Counted from the first letter of the stretch, positions 28,693 to 39,673 are shown. The stretch is 64,000 nucleotides of DNA from an uncultured delta proteobacterium (GCA_963796055.1 CAWCKH010000003.1:320001-384000); one strand, 5' to 3'. Notes: generated from the sequence alone by a model not told the origin. A program made the numbers and translations.

Positions 28693-28843
28693 TGCGGGTC
28701 GCCGTCCACCCACCCAGACCGCCCGCCGCCCGCGCTCCCGCCTGAGTCCCGTCCCTCCGTTCGGCAGGCGATGTCTCGTCAATTCTGCTTGTCATGACCC
28801 CAGGTGAGCAAACAGGCTCCGCGTCCCCTACCTGGAGTGAGCC

Positions 28844-30625
28844 ATGCGACATGTGTTGACAGGCCTGTTGCTCCTTGCCGCCTCCACTGCCCTCGCCGCG
28901 CCTGCCGTCGAGCTGAAGCTGACGCCGCGCGGAAGCCTCGGCGCGCCTCCACCACCAGGAGCTGCGCGACTGCCGGCCGGGGCGGGTCGACTGAACGATC
29001 GTCCCGAGGTCGACCTGCACGCTTACCTGTCGGGGGCACCGGTGGCCACCCATCCGCTGCCAACCAACCCGGGCGTCGCGCCCAGCACCGGCATCTCGCT
29101 CTTGAATCCCGGATTCTCGGGGTTCGAGGGTCTCAACAACACCGACCAGGCGCTCGCCGGCACCGGTATCTACACGGACAGCAACGGCAGCCTCGAGCCA
29201 CCGGACCAGGGACTCTGCGTGGGCCACGGCTTCGTCGTGGAGACAGTGAACGTCGCTTTCGCCATCTACGACCCCAGCGGCAATCTCCTCGCCGGACCGG
29301 TCCCGGCGAACCAGTTCTTCGGGCTCGCCCCGGGGTTCGGGCCGGACGGCTACGGCGACTTCACCAGCGACCCGAAGTGCATCTACGACTGGAGCGCCGA
29401 CCGCTGGTACATCACCATTCTCCAGCTCGACGTCGACCCGCCAACCGGGAACTTCACTGGCGGGAGCCACGTGCTCATCGCCAGGAGCCGCACCGGCGAT
29501 CCCACCGGGACCTGGGACGCCTACGCGCTCGACGTGACGAACGACGGAACGAACGGCACGCCATCGCACCCTGGTTGCCCCTGCTTCGGTGACCAGCCGC
29601 TTCTCGGCTTCGACCAGAACGCCATCTTCATCACCACCAACGAGTTCCCGGTGTTCGTTAACGGGTTCAACGGGGCCCAGGTCTACGGCATCGGTAAGGC
29701 GGCGTTCGGCGGCAACGGCACCGTGGCCCTCTTCGACAACCTCACGCTCGAGGAGGGCATCGCCTACAGCGTCCAGCCGGCGAGCACGCCGCCGGGGGGC
29801 AAGTTCGAGCGCGGTAACCGCGGCACTGAGTACTTCACCAGCTCGCTCGAGTTCACCGGCGGGCTCGACGACCGCGTCGCCGTCTGGGCGATGAGCGGCA
29901 CTCGTAGCCTCAACGGCCAGCACCCCTCGGTGAGCCTGGGCTACAGGGTGCTGAAGAGCCTGGTGTACGGCATCCCGCCGCCGGCCTCCCAGAAGGACGG
30001 CCCCACTCCCCTGCGGGACATCCTGAACAGCATCGAGGGGCCCGGGACCGAGAAGCTGGAGATGACCGACACCAACGACGACCGGATGCAACAGGCGGTC
30101 TACACCGACGGGACGCTGTGGAGCTGCATCGGCACCATCCTCCGGCCGAAGGGCGACACCGAGGACCGCGCGGGCATCCTCTGGTTCCGCGCCGAGGTGG
30201 AGTCCGACGATGGGAAGTTCAAGGCCAAGATGAAGAGGCAAGGGTACCTGGCCCGCGTCGGCACGTACCTCAGCTACCCGACCATCGCGATCAACACCGA
30301 TGGCAAGGGTGCCATGGGGTTCTCCGTCGGCGGCAAGGACTTCTACCCCTCCACCGGGTACACGGTGCTCGACGACGATGGGCCCGGGTCCATCCACATC
30401 GCCGGCGCCGGCCTGGTGCCTCAGGACGGCTTCACCGGCTACAAGTACTTCGGTTACTCGGGGGTGACCCGCTGGGGCGACTACGGCGCGGCGGTGGCCG
30501 CTCCCGACGGGTCGATCTGGCTCGCCAGCGAGTTCACCTCGGCCCGTCCGCGCATCATCTACGCCGACTGGGGCACCTTCGTGACCCGGGTGAAGGTCGG
30601 GCACGACGACCACCACCACCACTGA
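28844..30625 (+). CDS. Secreted hypothetical protein (beta-rich)
   Basis: GGAG RBS, signal peptide, EPPDQGLC, SDPKC, RWGDYGAA, His-rich C-terminus. Confidence 0.85.
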   Translation: MRHVLTGLLLLAASTALAAPAVELKLTPRGSLGAPPPPGAARLPAGAGRLNDRPEVDLHAYLSGAPVATHPLPTNPGVAPSTGISLLNPGFSGFEGLNNTDQALAGTGIYTDSNGSLEPPDQGLCVGHGFVVETVNVAFAIYDPSGNLLAGPVPANQFFGLAPGFGPDGYGDFTSDPKCIYDWSADRWYITILQLDVDPPTGNFTGGSHVLIARSRTGDPTGTWDAYALDVTNDGTNGTPSHPGCPCFGDQPLLGFDQNAIFITTNEFPVFVNGFNGAQVYGIGKAAFGGNGTVALFDNLTLEEGIAYSVQPASTPPGGKFERGNRGTEYFTSSLEFTGGLDDRVAVWAMSGTRSLNGQHPSVSLGYRVLKSLVYGIPPPASQKDGPTPLRDILNSIEGPGTEKLEMTDTNDDRMQQAVYTDGTLWSCIGTILRPKGDTEDRAGILWFRAEVESDDGKFKAKMKRQGYLARVGTYLSYPTIAINTDGKGAMGFSVGGKDFYPSTGYTVLDDDGPGSIHIAGAGLVPQDGFTGYKYFGYSGVTRWGDYGAAVAAPDGSIWLASEFTSARPRIIYADWGTFVTRVKVGHDDHHHH

Positions 30626-30697
30626 CCCGTTCCACCACGGCTCCGGCTGGCCACGGCGGTCGTGGCCGGCCCGAGTCGACGGACCGCCGGCGTACGG

Positions 30698-32179
30698 TCA
30701 GCCACTCACCGTCGGCACGCAGAGCAGGGCCACGCCCTCGCCCGACAGCTCCACCGCGGGGGCGGGCGTGCCCTCCGGGCCCTCCCAGCCGAGCGCCACC
30801 ACCCGCGGGCTCAGCTGCCCCTGCCACCCCACCCAGTGCTGGAGGGGGACGGTGACCGGCGCGTCGTGCCGCACCTCGGTGGAGCGCAGCGGGCCGGGCA
30901 GCGCGAGCAGCACCTGCCCCACCCCGCTCAGGTGCACCAGGTCCAGGTCCGGGGCCACCTCGCTCGGCACACGGCCGTTCTCGAACATCACCGGCTCCTC
31001 GAAGCCGAACACCCAGTCCTCGCGGAGGTAGACGCTCTCGTCACCCAGGTCCACGGCGAGGAACGTCCTGCCCATCACCCCGAGCCACGCCGTGCCGGTC
31101 CCCACCAGCCGGTGCATGCGCGCCGGTCCCCAGCCGAACGGCTTGTCGGTCACCCGGCCCCGGAAGCGCTTGAACTCCGCCCGGGCCTCGATGACGCCCG
31201 TCCACCCGAGCAGCCCCGCGGTCCGCACCAGCACCTCGCCCTGGACCTCGACCCGCACCGCCTCGGGCGTCACGGTGAAGGTGCGGCTGCCGTCACCCGG
31301 AAGCTTTCCGGCGACGGTGGTCAGCTCGGTGGGGCGAGCCACCGGGTGCGAGGGATTGCCCACCCCCGCCCGCGCCGCCTCGCGCAGAGGCCTCGAGGGC
31401 GTGGCGGCCGCGGGCTCCTCGGCGGCGGAAGGAACGCTGGCCGGTGCCGGGGGGAACTGCCGCACCGGAGCCGCCGCGGGGACGTCGCTGGCCTTCGCCT
31501 CGCTCTCCGCTTCCGAGGTGCCGAAGGTGGGGAGCGGCGCCGCGGGTAACGGAGTGGACGGGGGGACGGTCTCGGTGAGCGGGATGGGAGCCGCCGGTGT
31601 GCCGCCCAGCTGGGACACCGAGACCACCGGGAGCTCCTGGGTCAGGCCGGCGATCTTCTGCTCGGCCGGGGGCGTGGCCGGAGCCGGCCGCGGCGGAACG
31701 GGGACGGGCCGCGCCTCGGCGGCGAGCGCCTTGGCCATCTTGTCGGCCATTGCCTCCGAGCCGGCCTTCACGAAGTGCTCGCGGGCCCGGCCGTACTGTC
31801 CGGCCTGGGCCAGCGCCAGGCCCAGGTAGTTGTGCGCCTTGAGGTGACCGGGTTGCAGGTCGACGGCGGTCTCGAACTCGCGGACCGCCCGGGTCAGCTG
31901 GTTGGACTTGAGGTACACCAGGCCGAGGTTGACCCGCAGCGTGGGGTCGGCGCCGTTCTCCCGCACCAGCGCCTCGTACACCTCGGCCGCGCGGACGAAG
32001 TCCCCCAGCTTGAAGTACGCCAGCCCGAGGAGGTTCTTCGCCTTCTCGTCCCCCGGGCGCATCTGGTACGCGCGCTCCAGATGCTCGCGGGCCTCGGTCA
32101 CCTGACCCTGCTGGAGCAGCTCGCCCCCGCGGTAGAGGGCCTCGAGGAACACCGCGTCGGTGGCCTCCGCCGGATTCAC
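30698..32179 (-). CDS. TPR + Pro-rich linker + AIM24-like domain protein
   Basis: N-terminal TPRs (NLLGLAYFKLG, VNLGLVYLK, HNYLGLALA) and C-terminal YLREDWVFGFE...LVHLSGVG. GTG overlaps the upstream stop. Confidence 0.8.
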   Translation of the reverse strand: MNPAEATDAVFLEALYRGGELLQQGQVTEAREHLERAYQMRPGDEKAKNLLGLAYFKLGDFVRAAEVYEALVRENGADPTLRVNLGLVYLKSNQLTRAVREFETAVDLQPGHLKAHNYLGLALAQAGQYGRAREHFVKAGSEAMADKMAKALAAEARPVPVPPRPAPATPPAEQKIAGLTQELPVVSVSQLGGTPAAPIPLTETVPPSTPLPAAPLPTFGTSEAESEAKASDVPAAAPVRQFPPAPASVPSAAEEPAAATPSRPLREAARAGVGNPSHPVARPTELTTVAGKLPGDGSRTFTVTPEAVRVEVQGEVLVRTAGLLGWTGVIEARAEFKRFRGRVTDKPFGWGPARMHRLVGTGTAWLGVMGRTFLAVDLGDESVYLREDWVFGFEEPVMFENGRVPSEVAPDLDLVHLSGVGQVLLALPGPLRSTEVRHDAPVTVPLQHWVGWQGQLSPRVVALGWEGPEGTPAPAVELSGEGVALLCVPTVSG

Positions 32180-32811
32180 CGCCACGCCGCCGGCTCCACC
32201 TGCGAGGTCATCTCCCCCTCCTGCTTGTACTGGAAGTACAGCGCCAGGACCTTCTGCACGTAGGCCCGGGTCTCCTCGAAAGGAGGAACCTGGTTTCCGT
32301 ACTTCCGCACCGCGTCCGGACCGGCGTTGTACGCGGCGACGATGGTCTCCATCTGACCGGCGAACTCGTTGGCCAGCACTCGGAGGTAACGGACTCCGCC
32401 GAAGATGTTCTGCCGGGCGTCGAAGATGTCCCGCACGTACATCTCCGAGGCCGTCCCGGGCATCAGCTGCATCAGGCCCGAGGCACCCTTGCGCGAGAGC
32501 GCGTGAGGATCGAAGTTGCTCTCGGCGTGGGCCACCGCCCGTACCAGCGCCAGCGGGATGTTGTACTTGCGCGCCGCCTCCTCCATCCATGCCAGGTAGA
32601 GCGACGGAGCGATGACCGAGCGCGCCGGGGGCTCGGCCGGACGCGGCGCCTGGCGAAACGACGAGCCACCCAGGCGGCGCGCCTTCACCCCCGCGGGCGG
32701 CACGTTGGTGTAGACGATGGTGCCGTCCTTCTCGCGGTAGGTGTAGATGGCGCTGGCGCGCACGGGCAGAGCCGGGAGCAGCGCGAGCAGGATCACGGGA
32801 AGAAGACGCAT
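32176..32811 (-). CDS. Lytic transglycosylase (SLT) with DUF4124-like N-terminus
   Basis: AESNF, GASGLMQLMPGTA, AAYNAG, ETRAYV. Confidence 0.92.
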   Translation of the reverse strand: MRLLPVILLALLPALPVRASAIYTYREKDGTIVYTNVPPAGVKARRLGGSSFRQAPRPAEPPARSVIAPSLYLAWMEEAARKYNIPLALVRAVAHAESNFDPHALSRKGASGLMQLMPGTASEMYVRDIFDARQNIFGGVRYLRVLANEFAGQMETIVAAYNAGPDAVRKYGNQVPPFEETRAYVQKVLALYFQYKQEGEMTSQVEPAAWR

Positions 32812-32910
32812 CGCGGGGGAGCCAGCGACGACTCTACTGAACCCGCCGCGGAAACCTCAAGAAATGGCCTTGTTTCCGCCGGGTTGGGGGCGTTAGACGT
32901 GGGTCGCAGG

Positions 32911-34494
32911 ATGCCCCAGCGGTTCGACTTCCTGGTGCTCGGTGGTGGCGTGGCGGGGCTGTCGTTCGCGCTCCAGGCCGCGCAGCGTGGGTCGGTCGCG
33001 GTGCTGACCAAGCGGAGCCGGTCCGAGAGCAACACCATGTACGCGCAAGGAGGAGTGGCGGCGGTCCTCTCGGAGCGCGACAGCTTCGAGCAGCACGTCG
33101 CGGACACGGTCGACGCCGGGGCGGGCCTGAACAACCCCGAGGCGGTCTCGATCACCGTCCACGACGGCCCGGAGCGCATCCGCGAGCTGGCGGCGCTGGG
33201 CGCACATTTCGATACCCGACCCGACGGGGAGTTCGATCTCGGCCGCGAGGGCGGGCACACCCGGCGCCGGATCGTCCACTCGGGCGACATCACCGGACGG
33301 GAGATCGAGCGCGCATTGCTCGCCGCCTGCGACGACCGCCCGAACATCCGGTTCTTCTCCGACTCGGCGGCGATCGACCTCATCCTCGACCGGCGGAGCC
33401 CCCACGGGCAGCCCCGGTGCCTGGGGGCCTACGTGCTGCTCCCCACCGGGGAGATCGAGACCTTCCTCGCACGGGTGACAGTGCTCGCCACCGGGGGCGC
33501 GGGAAAGGTGTACCTGTACACCACCAACCCGGACGTCGCGACCGGCGACGGGGTGGCGATGGCGTACCGGGCGGGGGCGCGGATCGCCAACATGGAGTTC
33601 TACCAGTTCCACCCCACCTGCCTCTTCAGCCCCGAGGCGAAGAACTTCCTCATCTCCGAGGCGCTGCGTGGCGAGGGCGGGAAGCTGCGGCTGCGCAACG
33701 GCGCGCCGTTCATGCAGCGTTACGACTCCCGCGCCGAGCTGGCGCCGCGCGACATCGTGGCCCGGGCCATCGACTCGGAGCTGAAGCGGACCGGTGACGA
33801 TTTCGTGCTCCTGGACATGACCCATCTTGGACGCGCCTTCCTCATCGAGCGCTTCCCCAACATCTACGAGACCTGCAAGGCGTTCGGCATCGACATGGCG
33901 GTCCAGCCCATCCCGGTGGTCCCCGCGGCCCACTACCAGTGCGGCGGGGTGTCCACCGACCTCGGCGGGCGGACCAGCGTGCCGGGGCTCTTCGCGGTGG
34001 GTGAGGTGGCGCACACCGGGCTGCACGGCGCGAACCGGCTGGCCTCGAACTCGCTGCTCGAGGGCCTGGTGTTCGGCCACCGGGCAGCACGCGTCGCGGC
34101 CGAGGAGCCCGCTGCCGGGGCGCAGGCCGACGACGTTCCACCCTGGGACCCCGGCGCGGCGGTGGACCCCAACGAGGCGGTGCTGGTCACCCACAACTGG
34201 GAGGAGGTCCGCCGGCTGATGTGGAACTACGTGGGCATCGTCCGGACCGACAAGCGGCTGATGCGCGCCCGCCGCCGGCTGGATCTGCTGCGCGAGGAGA
34301 TCCGGGACTACTACTGGCGGTTCAAGGTGACCCGCGACGTGATCGAGCTGCGCAACATCGCCGACGTCGCGCACCTCATCGTCGAGTGCGCCAGCCGTCG
34401 CAAGGAGAGCCGCGGCCTGCACTACACGCTCGACTACCCGAACCGCGACGACCACAACTGGAACAAGGACACCGTCGTCCAGCGCGAGATCTGA
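32911..34494 (+). CDS. nadB: L-aspartate oxidase
   Basis: GGGVAG, AQGG, EGGH..RRI.H..D.TG, QFHPT, LISEALRGEG, GLHGANRLASNSLLE, ESRGLHY. Confidence 0.95.
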   Translation: MPQRFDFLVLGGGVAGLSFALQAAQRGSVAVLTKRSRSESNTMYAQGGVAAVLSERDSFEQHVADTVDAGAGLNNPEAVSITVHDGPERIRELAALGAHFDTRPDGEFDLGREGGHTRRRIVHSGDITGREIERALLAACDDRPNIRFFSDSAAIDLILDRRSPHGQPRCLGAYVLLPTGEIETFLARVTVLATGGAGKVYLYTTNPDVATGDGVAMAYRAGARIANMEFYQFHPTCLFSPEAKNFLISEALRGEGGKLRLRNGAPFMQRYDSRAELAPRDIVARAIDSELKRTGDDFVLLDMTHLGRAFLIERFPNIYETCKAFGIDMAVQPIPVVPAAHYQCGGVSTDLGGRTSVPGLFAVGEVAHTGLHGANRLASNSLLEGLVFGHRAARVAAEEPAAGAQADDVPPWDPGAAVDPNEAVLVTHNWEEVRRLMWNYVGIVRTDKRLMRARRRLDLLREEIRDYYWRFKVTRDVIELRNIADVAHLIVECASRRKESRGLHYTLDYPNRDDHNWNKDTVVQREI

Positions 34495-34498
34495 AGCG

Positions 34499-35188
34499 GT
34501 GGAACCCACTCCGACTCCGCCGCCGCAGCCGGTGCCCCGGCTCCCGCCCCCGCTGTTCTCGTGGATCTTCCTCGGGGTCTGCGTGCTGGTGTTCCTGCCG
34601 CACGCGCTCGACGGAGAGCCACCCGACCGGTTCCTCCTCTATGGCCCGGCCATCGCCGCCGGGGAGTGGTGGCGGGTGCTCACCTCGAGCGTCGAGCACG
34701 TGACGCCGATGCACATCCTGGCCAACGGGGTGAGCATCTGGAGCTTTGGCCCGGTGGTGGAGCGGCAGATTGGCACCGCGAGGCTGGCCGTGGCCTCGCT
34801 CATCGCCGGGCTTCTGTCCTCGGCGACCGCGCTGGCCTTCATGTGGCTCTACCCCAGCGCCGGGGCCTCGGGGGTCATCGCCGGGTGGCTCGGGCTGGCC
34901 CTGCCCATCTTCGACGGGCGGGCGCGGAAGGTCCTGGTGCAGTGGACCATCCTCCTGGTCCTGGTGAGCCTGGTGCCGCGGGTGAGCTGGGCCGCGCACC
35001 TGGGCGGCTTCGTCGGGGGGCTGGTGCTGGGGCTGCTCATCCGTCTCGGGGCGCGCAGCGGCGGGCCAACCCGACCCTTCTGGCTCTTCGACCGCCTCGC
35101 GCTCCCGCTGCTCCTCCTGGCCGCGCTGGCGGTGTTCCTGGTGGTGCGCTGGCATGCCGGAGTGAGCCCGGGAATCCTGCCCGCATGA
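34499..35188 (+). CDS. Rhomboid intramembrane serine protease
   Basis: EWWR, H...HI..N, GASG, AHLGG. Confidence 0.88.
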   Translation: MEPTPTPPPQPVPRLPPPLFSWIFLGVCVLVFLPHALDGEPPDRFLLYGPAIAAGEWWRVLTSSVEHVTPMHILANGVSIWSFGPVVERQIGTARLAVASLIAGLLSSATALAFMWLYPSAGASGVIAGWLGLALPIFDGRARKVLVQWTILLVLVSLVPRVSWAAHLGGFVGGLVLGLLIRLGARSGGPTRPFWLFDRLALPLLLLAALAVFLVVRWHAGVSPGILPA

Positions 35189-35739
35189 CCCGCCCGTTCC
35201 ACGTCTGCGTCTTCTGCGGCGCACGCAGCGGAAACACCTCGGCCTACGCCGCGGCGGCGGCGGCGCTCGGGCGGCGCATCGGCGAGCGCGGCCTCGGCCT
35301 GGTGTACGGCGGCGCGCGGGTGGGGCTGATGGGCACCCTGGCCGACGCGGCGCTCTCGGCGGGAGCGCCGGTCCTCGGGGTGCTACCCCGGGCGCTTTCG
35401 AGCGTGGAGGTCGCCCACCCCGGCCTCACCGAGCTGATCCTGGTCGACGGGCTCCACGCGCGGAAGGCGCGGATGACCGCGGAGAGCGACGCCTTCATCG
35501 CGCTCCCTGGCGGCTTCGGAACGCTCGACGAGCTGTTCGAGGCGCTCACCTGGGCCCAGCTGGGGCTGCACACCCGTCCGCTGGGGCTGCTGAACGTCGA
35601 CGGGTTCTGGGATCCCCTGGTGGCCACCATCGACCGACAGGCCGCCCAGGGCTTCGTCACCCCGTCCGACCGGGCCCGGCTCTCGGTCGAGGCCGGGCCC
35701 GATGCGCTGCTCGACGCGCTCGGCGCACCGCGCGGTTGA
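35185..35739 (+). CDS. LOG-family nucleotide monophosphate nucleosidase (TIGR00730-like)
   Basis: VCVFCG, LVYGG..GLMG, PGGFGTLDE. Confidence 0.92.
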   Translation: MTRPFHVCVFCGARSGNTSAYAAAAAALGRRIGERGLGLVYGGARVGLMGTLADAALSAGAPVLGVLPRALSSVEVAHPGLTELILVDGLHARKARMTAESDAFIALPGGFGTLDELFEALTWAQLGLHTRPLGLLNVDGFWDPLVATIDRQAAQGFVTPSDRARLSVEAGPDALLDALGAPRG

Positions 35740-35853
35740 TAGGCTCGCCGGCCAGATGCGCTGGAACAATCCGCGATGGTCCGCCGTTGTCCTCCGGACG
35801 AGGGGCGGGCGAGCGGGGCCCCTCGGGGGCGAGTGAGGGAGGAGCAGCGAGCC

Positions 35854-36909
35854 GTGCCGACGCAGCGGAGGCTCGTCCGGAAGAGGCCCTTCCTCCGGGC
35901 GCTGGCGGTCTCTCTGCTGCTCCACGCAGCGCTGCTGGCCTGGCTGGTCCGCACCGTCACCCGGCCGGCGCGTCCACCGCCCCGCCCGGCGACGCGCATC
36001 TCGCTGCGCCCGTTGCCGCCTCGCCCACCGGCGCCGGATCGGCATGCGCCGCCCCCGAAGTCGCCACGCGGCCCGGCCCGGCCCTCCGCTCCGGCCACTG
36101 CCTCCCGTCCACCCCCGGAGGGCAGCACGACTCCCTCTCCGTCCGCCCCGCCAGGACCGCCGGCCACCGATGCGCCCATCCAGCTCTTCCCCGGAGGGGC
36201 GGTGGCTCGCGGCGCAGGGCCGGTCCCACCCGGAGACTCCGGCGCGTCCACCGCCCGCGACGGCCCCGAGAGCCGCGAGGCGGAGGGCCGCCGGGTGCAG
36301 CAGCGGGTGGAGAGCTGGCGCAGCGAGGGTCTGGCCGAGCGGCTCGTCGCCACCGGAGTCGACGACTACTTCAAGGACTACCGGCGGGCGCTGCAGGCCA
36401 ACATGGGTCCACCTCCCCCGGGCGGAGGGCCGAAGCACGGAGATCCCACCGCCGGCCAGCGGTGGATCAACGCCTGGCTCGCCGCGCTCGAGGAGGCCGA
36501 TCCCTCGCGCGACCCTCCGCCCAAGGGCGAGCGGATGCCCGACCGCGACGTGCAGGACGTCACCGGCCGGATGGAGGAGTTCGTCGGTAACCGCCTCGGG
36601 CCAATGGCGGTGCAGCCGAGCTTCGCCGCGCAGCGGCTCCTCCAGCGCGCCGCGGCCGGAATCCCGGTGGCGGTGCTCCGCATCGTGCAGCGCGCGGACG
36701 GGTCCATCGCCTCGACCGAGCTGGTGGCCTCGAGCGGGGACAAGGCCTTCGACGCCTACGTCGTGGAGCACGCCCCGCTGGCGCTGGCCGCGGTGCCTCG
36801 GCCGCCCGCGCGGCAGGGCGCAGGGCTACATCCGGATGGCACGCGGACCGAGTGGGCCTTCTACCGCGCCGAGGGAGGCTGCGGGCTGCTCCTCCTCCGG
36901 GTGTACTGA
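35854..36909 (+). CDS. TonB/TolA-like protein (TM anchor, Pro-rich linker, TonB-C-like domain)
   Basis: SLLLH anchor motif, Pro-rich spacer, DGSI...SSGDKAFD. Confidence 0.65.
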   Translation: MPTQRRLVRKRPFLRALAVSLLLHAALLAWLVRTVTRPARPPPRPATRISLRPLPPRPPAPDRHAPPPKSPRGPARPSAPATASRPPPEGSTTPSPSAPPGPPATDAPIQLFPGGAVARGAGPVPPGDSGASTARDGPESREAEGRRVQQRVESWRSEGLAERLVATGVDDYFKDYRRALQANMGPPPPGGGPKHGDPTAGQRWINAWLAALEEADPSRDPPPKGERMPDRDVQDVTGRMEEFVGNRLGPMAVQPSFAAQRLLQRAAAGIPVAVLRIVQRADGSIASTELVASSGDKAFDAYVVEHAPLALAAVPRPPARQGAGLHPDGTRTEWAFYRAEGGCGLLLLRVY

Positions 36910-36961
36910 CCGCGCCGATGGCGCGAGGGGGATCTCGGCTCAGTCCCCCGCACCAGGGGGC

Positions 36962-37636
36962 TCAGTGTCCGGGCGGAGGGGGCGGCGGGACCGGGGGCGG
37001 GCCCGGCTCCGGTGGCACCTCGACGGGGAACTTCATCTCCACCTGCCCCTGGGTGGAGGACATGCGGAACAGCAGCGCCCGCGTGGCGGGGCCGACGAGC
37101 GGCCGACCGGCGACGGTGAGCGGGAAGCGCACGGTGTACATGGTCCAGAAGTCGCCCAGGTACGGGTAATAGGCGCGGAGATCCTGGTTGGCGCGTCCCA
37201 CCCGCTTGATGGCCAGCGGGGTGACCTCTCCCTGGTCGGTGGCGAGACTGAGCCGCCAGATGGTGTTCTTGGAGTCGAAGTCGTCGAAGCGCCGGTCGAC
37301 GAGGCTCACCCCGAAGACCAGCTCGTGGGCCTGGGCGGCGGCGGCGCGCTCGACGGCCAGCGTCTCCTCCAGCTTCGCCTCGGGCCAGGTCTGGAACAGC
37401 GCCTGGCGGCGGACGCGCGCTTCGCGGAACTCCGAGCTCTGGTAGGTGGCGGCGCAGTAGAGCCGGGTGTCGAGCCCCGAGTAGACCTCGCGGTGGTCGG
37501 TGAACCGCTCGAGCGCGTGCTGGTAGGTCAGCTCGGCGTTCCGGTCGGGGAGCTCCGGGCCTGGCTCGCCGATGACCGGGGGGACGGCGGCACAACCGGC
37601 GGCGCCGAGCAGGACCAGCAGCGGCGCGGTCCTCAC
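36962..37636 (-). CDS. Hypothetical lipoprotein
   Basis: GTG overlaps the pyrE stop. Lipobox AAGC. Confidence 0.75.
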   Translation of the reverse strand: MRTAPLLVLLGAAGCAAVPPVIGEPGPELPDRNAELTYQHALERFTDHREVYSGLDTRLYCAATYQSSEFREARVRRQALFQTWPEAKLEETLAVERAAAAQAHELVFGVSLVDRRFDDFDSKNTIWRLSLATDQGEVTPLAIKRVGRANQDLRAYYPYLGDFWTMYTVRFPLTVAGRPLVGPATRALLFRMSSTQGQVEMKFPVEVPPEPGPPPVPPPPPPGH

Positions 37637-38193
37637 GGCAGGAAGTCGTTCCGGGTGAAGAGGGTGGACAGCCCGTAGCCCTTCTGGGTGACCGCCTCGC
37701 GTCCTCCCTCCAGCCGGTCGACGAGGGCGAAGACGCAGCGGACCCGCAGGCCCGAGGCCTCCACCCGCTCGATGGCCTTCAGCGTGCTCGCGCCGGTGGT
37801 CACCACGTCCTCCACCACCGCCACCTCGGCGCGATCGGCGATCAGGCTCCGGCCCTCGATCCACTCGCCGGTGCCGTGGCCCTTCGGCTCTTTGCGCACG
37901 ATGAAGGCCGGGATGGGCGAGCCGGCGAGGTAGCTGGTGAAGCTCACCGCGGAGGCGAGCGGATCGGCCCCGAGGGTGAGCCCCCCCACCGCGGCCGCGG
38001 CCGGCGCGAGCCGCTGGATGTCGCGCCACAGCAGGCGCCCGACGAGGAAGTGGCCCTCGGCGGTGAGCACCGTTCGCTTGCAGTCGATGTAGAAGTCGCT
38101 CTCCTTGCCCGAGGAGAGCGTCACCCGCCGCTTCTCGAACGACAGCTGGGTCAGCAGCTCGAGGAGCCGCGCACGATCCCGGTCCAGCGCCAT
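37633..38193 (-). CDS. pyrE: Orotate phosphoribosyltransferase
   Basis: LSSGKESDFYIDC, VRKEPKGHG, VVEDVVTTGAS. Confidence 0.95.
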   Translation of the reverse strand: MALDRDRARLLELLTQLSFEKRRVTLSSGKESDFYIDCKRTVLTAEGHFLVGRLLWRDIQRLAPAAAAVGGLTLGADPLASAVSFTSYLAGSPIPAFIVRKEPKGHGTGEWIEGRSLIADRAEVAVVEDVVTTGASTLKAIERVEASGLRVRCVFALVDRLEGGREAVTQKGYGLSTLFTRNDFLP

Positions 38194-38197
38194 GGGG

Positions 38198-39004
38198 TCA
38201 GGACTCCTCCTCGAAGTAGGCCACCAGCTCGGCCGCGTAGCGGAGCTGCTGCAGCAGCTCGGCCCGCCGACCGGGCTCGAGCGCGTCGAACACCGGCGCG
38301 AGCAGCGCCAGGTCCTGGTTCAGCTCTCCCATGCGGGCGGTGAGCTCGGAGGCCAGCTCGTCGGCGTCGACCTCCTCCTCGCCCTCGCCCTCCACCATCT
38401 CCGGGGCGAGCCCGTCGTCGCTGGCCTGCGCCCGGCCGAGCATGTCGCGGGCCGGGGCGGACAGCCGCCCCTCCTGGTCCAGCCGGGCCTCGATCCCGGC
38501 GAGGTCCTCGGGCGTGGCCGCGGCCCCGTGGAGGATGCCGGCGAGCGCGACCAGGAGCGCGTCCTCGTCCGACAGCCGCGCGTGGACCCGTGCCAGCACC
38601 GACGTCCGCTGCAGGAACCGAAGCGCCGCGACCCGGCGGAACCCGGCCACCAGCTGGTAGCGGTCGGTCCCCGCGCGCGGGCGCACCTCCACCGGGAAGG
38701 CCTGCCCCAGCCGGGCGAGGTCCATCGCCAGCCGGCCCACCTCTCCCACCGGCCGGAGCTGGAAGGTGTCGTCCTCGTCGACGGTATCGAGCGGGATGAG
38801 CCGCTCCTCCACCTCGGGCGGTCGCTCCAGCCGCGGGGTGGGGGTGGGCTCGACCCGCGGGGGCAAGCTGGGCATCGCGGCGTCGGCGGCAACGGTGCCG
38901 TCGGCATCGAGCGCCTCGGGGCTGGAGGGTGCCTCGCCGGGTTGGGGCCCGGGGCGCTCCTCGGGGGAGTCCGAGGTCATCTCCTGGTGCTCGCGCCTCT
39001 CCAT
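38198..39004 (-). CDS. padC: ParB-like CTP-binding adaptor PadC
   Basis: ParB/Srx-like domain with YQLVAGFRR. Directly downstream of three bactofilins, as in Myxococcus. Confidence 0.82.
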   Translation of the reverse strand: MERREHQEMTSDSPEERPGPQPGEAPSSPEALDADGTVAADAAMPSLPPRVEPTPTPRLERPPEVEERLIPLDTVDEDDTFQLRPVGEVGRLAMDLARLGQAFPVEVRPRAGTDRYQLVAGFRRVAALRFLQRTSVLARVHARLSDEDALLVALAGILHGAAATPEDLAGIEARLDQEGRLSAPARDMLGRAQASDDGLAPEMVEGEGEEEVDADELASELTARMGELNQDLALLAPVFDALEPGRRAELLQQLRYAAELVAYFEEES

Positions 39005-39061
39005 GGACCCGTGCGGTGCACGCTACCGCGGGCGGGGGGGCCACGGGAACGTGCCCGCCGG

Positions 39062-39670
39062 TCACTTCTTCTTCTTCAGCACGACCTTCTTCTTGGCCCC
39101 TGCGGCCACCACCGGCGGTGCGGGGGGCGCGGGCGGTGTGGGCCGGGCGGCCTCGGTGCGGACGATGCCCGGCATGCCTCCCGGCTTCTTCGCCGGCGTG
39201 ACCGCCGCGGGGCTCCCCGGACGCTGAGCGGTCGCCGCGGCCGGGCGCGGGGGTGGAGGAGGCAGGCTCCGGACGGTCGGCCGCAGCTGGGTGCGGGGGG
39301 TGCTCCGCTCGGGCAGGCTCCGGCCGGGCGGCAGCTCGCCCATGTCCACGCGCCCCCGGAAGCTCGCCCCGTCGACGATGATCACCCGGGGCGCACGGAT
39401 GTCACCGACCATCCGGCCCTCCTGGGTGAGCTCCACGCTCTCGGTGGCCTGGATGTTTCCCACCACCACGCCGCTCACCACCGCGTTCTTCACCGTGACG
39501 TTGGCCTTCACCACGCCGGAGGGCTCGACGATGAGCGTCCGGGTCAAGGACAGCTCGCCCTCCACCCGACCACGGACGGTGAGGTCCTCGTCCCCGGTGA
39601 GCTTCCCGTTGATGAGGATGGATGGACCGATGACCGTGTTGCCGCTCGTGATCAGATCCTTGGCGGCCAT
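39062..39670 (-). CDS. bacP: Bactofilin with disordered basic C-terminal tail
   Basis: TVIGPSILINGKL...GASFRGRVDM followed by a Pro/Lys-rich tail. Confidence 0.87.
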   Translation of the reverse strand: MAAKDLITSGNTVIGPSILINGKLTGDEDLTVRGRVEGELSLTRTLIVEPSGVVKANVTVKNAVVSGVVVGNIQATESVELTQEGRMVGDIRAPRVIIVDGASFRGRVDMGELPPGRSLPERSTPRTQLRPTVRSLPPPPPRPAAATAQRPGSPAAVTPAKKPGGMPGIVRTEAARPTPPAPPAPPVVAAGAKKKVVLKKKK

Positions 39671-39673
39671 GGG